From NCBI GenBank assembly GCA_965644295.1, contig CBFFRP010000538.1, forward strand, positions 1 through 5,740: a DNA stretch of 5,740 nucleotides, read 5' to 3'. Of the stretch, positions 1 to 5,740 are shown one piece after another. Source of the DNA: Paraphysomonas bandaiensis. Its lineage: Eukaryota; Protista; Chrysophyceae. Numbering within the stretch: the first letter of the stretch is position 1; every line of letters starts with the position of its first letter. Position numbers and translations under genes: made by a program. The notes under the pieces were generated by a model. The model made no database searches, had not been told where the DNA came from, and saw nothing but the letters and a program-made list of their open reading frames with translations.

Positions 1-1101
1 GACAAGGGCAAACACACCGTCAATGTCTTCGTGTGTATGTCCAACTGGAAGGCGTGTCAACACAACTTTGTCAACCAAACGACATGCCACTAAGAGCGCA
101 CATATGCTATAAAATTCCACATTAGCGTTCTCTGATCCCCCATCTATTTGATGGTATATTACACTCGGCAGCTTCTTTCCATGACACAGGTAGTGGTGCT
201 CCAGCGCTAGCAACCACGTATGAATAGCGAGATTAGCTCCCCCTGCACAATTAGCGAATGTCCGGAAGATCATCATCTGATGTCCATGCATCAAAACTCC
301 TTGAAGATGCTGTTTAATATGCCGATCCGGGTGCTTATTGTTTCCAAACCACGGTAGAAAGCAATGATTCTGCATCATTCCGTCCATGATGGTGGAGAGG
401 AACATCTCTTTGTTTAGAGTAGCATCCAAGCGGCGGTCATAATATTTTCGACGCTCCTGCATTATGGACATGCGATGCAGCGCATACAAATTCGTGACTT
501 CCTCCCTTCCAGCCCTGTCACGGAATTTCCGTCGCTTCTCACTCAAATATGTACAGAGACTGCAGTGCCCGCAACTGGATTTGAACTTGCGGATTTTGCA
601 ATACGAAAATGTGTTCCCCCAAATCTTCTTGAAAGTGTTAAAGCATACTGGACTTTGTTTTAGACTTTCCATGTCGAAAATATACTCGTTGTATACATCA
701 ACTTTCCGTGTCGGATCAAGATGAATTTCGGAGTTACGATCAGGTGGTTGGTCACCAACCAAAGAAAAATAGTACTGAAGCCAGGATGCACACATCAGCG
801 AGACTTCAGTCTGTGGTAATCGCAAGCTTCCCAGCTGTTCATTGGTAAGAAATATTCCAAATTCCTCGGAGAATTTCTTGATCTTAGACTCGGGAAGCAT
901 TTGAGGCGATATAGACGGAGCCGGGGTTAAGTCGCTCAAACAGTTAACATTTCCCTTCTTCAATCTCCTCACAAGATCTTCAACATACCAATGAGAGATG
1001 CTGTATGCACGTGCAAAACCTCTTCTACACACCATATGCATATTTTCTCCTTCTCCTATTAAAAGAACAAACTTGTATTTCTTTTTCTCGGTCACGTGAA
1101 C
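1..1101 (-). CDS. Main exon of a DDD-type DNA transposase-like protein (Sola-like / DUF7869-like), 3'-truncated by the window edge
   Basis: Manual translation gives 367 codons with no stop: VHVTEKKKYKF..VCRRGFARAYSIS..W..YFSLVGDQPP..EIHL..FKKIWGNTF..CGHCSLC..ERRKYYDRR..FLSTIMDGM..HLQGVLMHG..GANLAIH..LPSVIYHQIDGGSENAN..LTRLPVGHTHEDIDGVFALV. Candidate catalytic Asp codons at 384-382, 144-142 and 21-19. Absent from the ORF track because it has no stop within the window. Family assignment is from remembered motifs, not a search. Confidence 0.88.
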
Positions 1102-1248
1102 CTAGCGAACTATATAAGTATATATATATAATATAGATATAAATATTAAACTAATAGAAATTGAAACTAAACAGAGGTCCGTAGAGCAATTAATACTAAT
1201 ATCCTACTATATTTATCGCTGCGAATAATAGTACTATATACTACTTAC
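1102..1248 (-). other. Spliceosomal intron, 147 nt, phase 0
   Basis: CAA|GTAAGT donor at 1248 and CGCTAG|GTT acceptor at 1102. The interior is very AT-rich. Splicing joins ..FHTFQ to VHVTEK.. in frame. Confidence 0.85.
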
Positions 1249-1476
1249 TTGAAAAGTATGAAACTTTGCTAATAAGAGATCCTTTCTCTCGTCTCTTTTC
1301 AAACGACGAACTTCCTCCATACAATAAAAGTAAAGCCGCCTAGCTGCAAACGTCGTCTCCGTATTTCCACTTCTATATAACATGCATCCTTCACACGCAC
1401 ATGTCATCATGCACATAATGCAGCAACAGGCGGACGTAAAGGTCTTCAGCATGGCAACAGGATCTTTCATGTTAAT
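1249..1476 (-). CDS. Cys-rich N-terminal exon of the transposase-like gene (76 codons)
   Basis: INMKDPVAMLKTFTSACCCIMCMMTCACEGC..KFHTFQ, preceded by the acceptor TATTGTACAG at 1477. Overlaps track ORF 1234..1470, whose ATG at 1470 is an alternative start. Confidence 0.78.
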
Positions 1477-1568
1477 CTGTACAATATATATACTTTTTGT
1501 TAATGTACTATTTTAGAAGAAATATACATTTACTTTCTGCGCACAGCAGGATACACAGGATAATATAA

Positions 1569-2281
1569 CATTATATATATACAGTATAACATACAAGTAA
1601 GTTCTGTCGACATCTTTTCATGACAACCCTGCGCCAATAGCAGTCGCCACCGCTACTGACACGAGTGGATATCACAGGTGACCGAACAAACAAGTATAAC
1701 ATATGAAGGTTGGGAAGGTCACATCTTTTCATGACGACACTGTCCCAATAGCAGTCGCCACCGCTATTGAGGCGAGTTGAAGTCACAGGTTTCCTTCCGC
1801 AACCATTATATATACAGTATAACATACAAGTAAGTTCTGTCGACATCTTTTCATGACAACCCTGCGCCAATAGCAGTCGCCACCGCTACTGACACGAGTG
1901 GATATCACAGGTGACCGAACAAACAAGTATAACATATGAAGGTTGGGAAGGTCACATCTTTTCATGACGACACTGTCCCAATAGCAGTCGCCACCGCTAT
2001 TGAGGCGAGTTGAAGTCACAGGTTTCCTTCCGCAACCATTATATATACAGTATAACATACAAGTAAGTTCTGTCGACATCTTTTCATGACAACCCTGCGC
2101 CAATAGCAGTCGCCACCGCTACTGACACGAGTGGATATCACAGGTGACCGAACAAACAAGTATAACATATGAAGGTTGGGAAGGTCACATCTTTTCATGA
2201 CGACACTGTCCCAATAGCAGTCGCCACCGCTATTGAGGCGAGTTGAAGTCACAGGTTTCCTTCCACAACCATTATATATAC
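1569..2281. repeat. Tandem array of 3 x 233 bp, each unit a dimer of related A and B subunits (111/122-bp spacing)
   Basis: ACAGTATAACATACAAG at 1581, 1814 and 2047. The only internal difference noticed is g/g/a at 1799/2032/2265. 70-nt cores: A at 1610-1679, 1843-1912, 2076-2145; B at 1721-1790, 1954-2023, 2187-2256. A and B differ at 10 of 70 positions. Confidence 0.97.
1601..2270 (-). ncRNA. Candidate array of six structured RNAs (long hairpins), probably intronic
   Basis: Core A: GUGUCAGUAGCGGU-GGCG-ACUGCUAUUGGCGC forms 14 contiguous pairs (4 G.U), plus a lower stem UGUGAU/GUCAUG. Core B: CUCAAUAGCGGU-GGCG-ACUGCUAUUGGG plus UGUGAC/GUCAUG. A and B show compensatory and wobble-preserving differences. 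Confidence 0.55.
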
Positions 2282-2323
2282 GTACGTACATGTAATCAAG
2301 CATAACAGACATTTATGGCATAC

Positions 2324-2377
2324 AGGTTCGTGTCGTCGTACCTTCTTGTATTCCCAGATGCCAGATGACATCACATG
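2324..2377 (-). CDS. Putative upstream exon of the transposase-like gene (HVMSSGIWEYKKVRRHEP)
   Basis: Acceptor AATAGTAG at 2378. Two phase-0 donors, AAG|GTACGA (2341) and CCT|GTATGC (2323), are both in frame with the 1476 exon. Confidence 0.45.
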
Positions 2378-2447
2378 CTACTATTAATATCGTGTTGTAT
2401 GTAATAATGTAGAGAGAAGTGAAGTGCATTTCAAAATATGCTCACAC

Positions 2448-2456
2448 CTCATCCAT
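2448..2456 (-). CDS. Putative first coding mini-exon (MDE)
   Basis: ATG GAT GAG|GTGTGA, followed by a 70-nt intron (2447-2378) in frame with the next exon. It could instead be 5' UTR using the GTGAGC donor at 2445. Confidence 0.33.
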
Positions 2457-2554
2457 GCAAGTGATGACCGACAAAACACAGCATAACATATAGAAAAACA
2501 CGTACAAAAAATTTGAATTTGACCAAAAACACCCCACAAGAGCATCGAACTCGC

Positions 2555-2642
2555 GTCATGAGTGTGTGGTGAGGACGGCGGTGTGCATCACAACACCGCA
2601 ACCACACTGCACGAGCAGTGCTTACGACACGCACATCATGAC
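2555..2642. other. Nested inverted repeats in the divergent intergenic region
   Basis: GTCATGA(2555-61)/TCATGAC(2636-42); GTGTGGT(2564-70)/ACCACAC(2601-07); GCGGTGT(2578-84)/ACACCGC(2593-99); CACTGC-ACGA-GCAGTG(2605-20). Confidence 0.6.
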
Positions 2643-2664
2643 CATAATACATATGCATAACTTA

Positions 2665-2697
2665 ACACACACACACACACATACACATACATATATA
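2665..2697. repeat. (AC)8 microsatellite grading into ATAC/AT repeats, with a TATA-like TATATA at 2692-2697
   Basis: Read directly from the sequence. It lies ~45-80 nt upstream of the ATG at 2743. The TATA role is inference. Confidence 0.8.
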
Positions 2698-2742
2698 GAG
2701 TGAATCACTTAACAATGATAACAAACTTTAAGTCTGCAGGCA

Positions 2743-5601
2743 ATGACAACTTCTTCTGATGATGAGTGGGATACATGTAATGTGTTCAGTGAGTTTGATC
2801 AAGATCGGTCAAATGCTGCCTATGTGTGTCGCTCATGTGAGACAACATTTCGAGAGCTGGACAAAGGGTGCTCATCTGTGAAGAAATTGTGTCCGAAGTG
2901 TAACAACGAGGGGCTAGTAAAGTCAATGGCTGTATTTTTCCCTAATTCCACTCACCCTCACGGTACGTTGCTGCACAATGACCTGGTACTCTGTGACGAT
3001 ATCACTACCTATAGGTGATGATGAGGAGCGTCTTGAAAAGGACGACGTGGAGGACCAAGGGGGGCGATACCCTACTGCCCATGTTGCTGATGATGCAGGT
3101 CCTTCTTCTCCTTACCATCACGGTACGTTGCTGTCAATCGATCTTATCTAGTATACGCTGTATTGACATTATTTTGTACCATAGGTGATGAGGAGCGTCT
3201 TGAAAAGGACGACGTGGAGGACCAAGGGGGGCGATACCCAGCTGCCCATGTTGCAGATGATGCAGGTCCTTCTTCTCCTTACCATCACGGTACGTTGCTG
3301 TCAATCGATCATATATATAGTATACGCTGTATTGACATTATTTTGTACCATAGGTGATGAGGAGCGTCTTGAAAAGGACGACGTGGAGGACCAAGGGGGG
3401 CGATACCCTACTGCCCATGTTGCTGATGATGCAGGTCCTTCTTCTCCTTACCATCACGGTACGTTGCTGTCAATCGATCATATATATAGTATACGCTGTA
3501 TTGACATTATTTTGTACCATAGGTGATGAGGAGCGTCTTGAAAAGGACGACGTGGAGGACCAAGGGGGGCGATACCCTACTGCCCATGTTGCAGATGATG
3601 CAGGTCCTTCTTCTCCTTACCATCACGGTACGTTGCTGTCAATCGATCATATATATAGTATACGCTGTATTGACATTATTTCGTACCATAGGTGATGAGG
3701 AGCGTCTTGAAAAGGACGACGTGGAGGACCAAGGGGGGCGATACCCTGCTGCCCATGTTGCAGATGATGCAGATAATATTACATCTGCGTCCCCTGTTGA
3801 CCGGTTTGTGCCTTCTTTCATGGTATCAGACATGTCCATCACGATTGAAGTTGGGGGCGTTACCCAGACCTTTGTTCGAAAAAGGTTCAAAATGGACGCA
3901 GGGAACTCGGTGCTCCAGCTATACATAGATTTGGAGTTTCTAGATAAATCTCCTCTTCTGTTTCCATATATGATACTGTCGGCGCACTTCAACCGATCCA
4001 CAAAACAGCTGGCCCTTACCATGACTGTTGTTCGGGATAAGAGAGGACTCAAATACGTCGCAGTGTGCATTCTGCGCACAAAATGTACGAAACCCCGGTA
4101 CGATGTCCTTCTGTATAAGATTTCGGATGGCAATTGCTTCCGTGTGACCGGTGTAAAGAAGTTTCGCGATGAGTATGACTATCTCTTTGACGAGGAATTT
4201 GATCCCTTCATTGTGCGTGATGCAGCGATATTGTATTTTCATGAGCAGGGACTTGTGTACGATCCGCGCGGTGGAGGTCCTAACAAGGATGAATCCGGAA
4301 AACCCTGCGTCGATGGGACCGAAAACCCATTCGGAACAGTTTCAGGTAAGAGAACTAGAACGCAGCGAAAGACTTTCGACATTGCTCCGCCTACGAGGAA
4401 GAAGAATTCTACGAAGAAGTCGACAAAGGATAAGAAAGTTGCAGCGGTGATGTTCTGATTATTGTTGTGTGCTGTTACTATACACTGTACTAACTGCTGT
4501 GTGTAGTGCAATGGGAAGAAGAATGTCGTCGAAATTCGTGGCGACATATCCAACGACGACTCGGAGGTACCACGAAAGCGCACGAGCAGGGTAAGTAGTA
4601 CTGTTCATGAAGATGGTGACGGGGTCGTCGTACGTATATATGCGGTATTGTTCTGATTATTGTTGTGTGCTGTTACTATACATGTACTAACTGCTGTGTG
4701 TAGTGCAATGGGAAGAAGAATGTCGTCGAAATTCGTGGCGACATATCCAACGACGACTCGGAGGTACCACGAAAGCGCACGAGCAGGGTAAGTAGTACTG
4801 TTCATGAAGAAGGTGACGGGGTCGTCGTACGTATATATGCGGTATTGTTCTGATTATTGTTGTGTGCTGTTACTATACATGTACTAACTGCTGTGTGTAG
4901 TGCAATGGGAAGAAGAATGTCGTCGAAATTCGTGGCGACATATCCAACGACGACTCGGAGGTACCACGAAAGCGCACGAGCAGGGTAAGTAGTACTGTTC
5001 ATGAAGATGGTGACGGGGTCGTCGTACGTATATATGCGGTATTGTTCTGATTATTGTTGTGCGTTGTTACTATAATACACTGTACTAACTGTGTAGTATA
5101 ATGGTGTAGGAGAAGTACAAAGGGAAGAAGAATGTCGTCGAAATTCGTGGCGACATATCCAACGACGACTCGGAGGAAGAGGTACCACGAAAGCACACGA
5201 GCAGGGACAGTAGTACTGTTCATGAAGATGGTGACGGGGTCGTCGAATCTCAGCAGAAAGCGGATCTGATACCTCCCGCTGTTGCTGAACTTCGTCAGGA
5301 AATGATGTCCGGACTAGCAGAACTTCGTGATCTTTTAATGAGAAAAAATGATGATCCTCCACCTGCTTATGATCCTCCACCTACTAGTACTGCGCCCCCA
5401 ACGGCTGTAGCCGCGTCGTCTCAGAGCATAGGTACTAATACTACTAGTGTAAGTAGTAGTGGTGAAGATAGCTTTATGCGTATGCATTGTATCCAAAACC
5501 AGGCTATTCGGTTGGAGCGTTTGCAATCTCAAGAGAGGCAAATGCAGCTATATGAGAATATGATATTACAAAACACAAGTCGTGGCAGGGCCAACTTGTA
5601 A
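2743..5601 (+). CDS. Spliced gene of unknown function, ~710-750 aa: zinc ribbon, acidic 35-aa repeats, globular domain, basic stretch, 41-aa repeats, helical/Pro-Ser-rich tail
   Basis: Exon model: 2743-2962, 3015-3122, 3185-3289, 3354-3458, 3523-3627, 3692-~4446 (or 4437; weak donor), 4507-4629, 4704-4826, 4901-5023 (alternative ends 4590/4787/4984), 5110-5601. Introns 1-5 are phase 1, G|GTACGT..ATAG|, 52-64 nt. Later introns are phase 0 with TACTAAC (4488, 4685, 4882, 5083). The frame is open throughout. CRSC-x17-CPKC lies in exon 1. Without splicing at ~4446 the frame stops at 4458. Confidence 0.75.
3011..3772 (+). repeat. Tandem array of ~4.5 x 169 bp, each unit a 105-nt exon plus a 64-nt intron
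   Basis: ATAG|GTGATGA with exon starts at 3015, 3185, 3354, 3523 and 3692. Encodes GDEERLEKDDVEDQGGRYP(T/A)AHVADDAGPSSPYHH. Confidence 0.96.
4444..5245 (+). repeat. Tandem array of ~4 x 197 bp, each unit an intron with TACTAAC plus a 123-nt (or 84-nt) exon
   Basis: GTGTAG|TGCAATGGG at 4507, 4704 and 4901. The diverged fourth copy begins the last exon at 5110. Encodes CNGKKNVVEIRGDISNDDSEVPRKRTSRVSSTVHE(D/E)GDGVV. Confidence 0.96.
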
Positions 5602-5604
5602 CGC

Positions 5605-5610
5605 AATAAA
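5605..5610 (+). promoter_or_regulatory. Possible polyadenylation signal AATAAA
   Basis: Hexamer just after the TAA stop (5599-5601), followed by AT/T-rich sequence. Confidence 0.4.
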
Positions 5611-5703
5611 TATTGCTAATAACAACTATAATTGCAACTTTTTCTTTATCTTTAACCTCTTAGATACAAATTACAGTAAAATAATAACTCAATACTTAGA
5701 TAT

Positions 5704-5734
5704 GAAACCTGGTGAAATCGCTTTACCAGGTTTT
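5704..5734. other. Strong hairpin / inverted repeat
   Basis: AAACCTGGTGAA(5705-16)-ATCGC-TTTACCAGGTTT(5722-33): 12 pairs including one G.T. Confidence 0.75.
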
Positions 5735-5740
5735 GGTATT

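Larger units (their letters stand above)
1..5740. mobile_element. Possible internal portion of a two-gene DNA transposon
   Basis: A transposase-like gene lies head-to-head with an unknown gene, with the putative start codons ~290 bp apart. No TIR or TSD is visible in the window, so the extent is unknown. Confidence 0.4.

Noticed and set aside
464-724. Plus-strand ORFs 464..724 and 475..663
   Set aside because: They are antisense shadows of the transposase exon.
1610-1790. Hammerhead ribozyme, hairpin ribozyme or SECIS identity for the cores (CUGUGA..GAAA)
   Set aside because: CUGUGA lacks a base of CUGANGA, and no stem III/UH was found. Hairpin-ribozyme loop consensus is not met. There is no apical AAR or unpaired GA quartet for a SECIS.
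1569-2281. CRISPR array
   Set aside because: The repeats are 70 nt, the spacers are themselves repeated (only two kinds), no cas genes are present, and the context is eukaryotic.
1571-2312. Track ORFs of 98-106 aa, or repeated mini-exons, in the 233-bp array
   Set aside because: The ORFs shift frame with each unit. Candidate exons ending at CTT|GTATGT are 34, 58 or 61 nt, not multiples of 3, and hit TGA when chained. The B subunit has AT instead of a GT donor.
2555-2642. Twister ribozyme (minus-strand UAAGCACUGC)
   Set aside because: The remaining conserved twister elements and pseudoknot partners were not found.
2449-2658. 69-aa minus-strand ORF in the intergenic region
   Set aside because: It is short, lacks recognisable motifs and stops at 2449, out of frame with the proposed MDE exon.
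3163-3928. Repeated MMRSVLKRTTW.. ORFs as separate small genes
   Set aside because: They result from reading unspliced 169-bp units in shifting frames. The spliced model explains the region in one frame.
3639-5541. Minus-strand ORFs (3639..4133, 3940..4242, 4239..4583, 4605..5223 series, 5051..5380, 5335..5541) and plus-strand 4169..4450
   Set aside because: They are antisense or off-frame to the plus-strand gene. Splice signals are on the plus strand and I recognised no motifs.
5704-5740. Bacterial rho-independent terminator or Helitron 3' end
   Set aside because: The context is eukaryotic, the T-run is part of the stem, and no CTRR terminus or Rep/helicase is visible in the window.

Overview
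Eukaryotic DNA with short GT-AG introns and TACTAAC branch points, carrying two divergently transcribed spliced genes that the ORF track largely misses. (1) Minus strand: a DDD-type DNA transposase-like gene resembling Sola/DUF7869 (motifs IMDGM, YHQIDGGSENAN, LPVGHTHEDID) that runs off the left edge. Its probable large 5' intron holds a 3 x 233-bp array containing six 70-nt hairpin cores of two alternating types. These fold on the minus strand with G.U pairs and compensatory changes, suggesting an array of structured RNAs. (2) Plus strand: a ~10-exon gene (2743-5601, ~710-750 aa) of unknown function with an N-terminal CxxC/CxxC zinc ribbon. It has grown by two tandem duplications of exon+intron units (169 bp and 197 bp). 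All translations, splice models and folds were done by eye and need confirmation.
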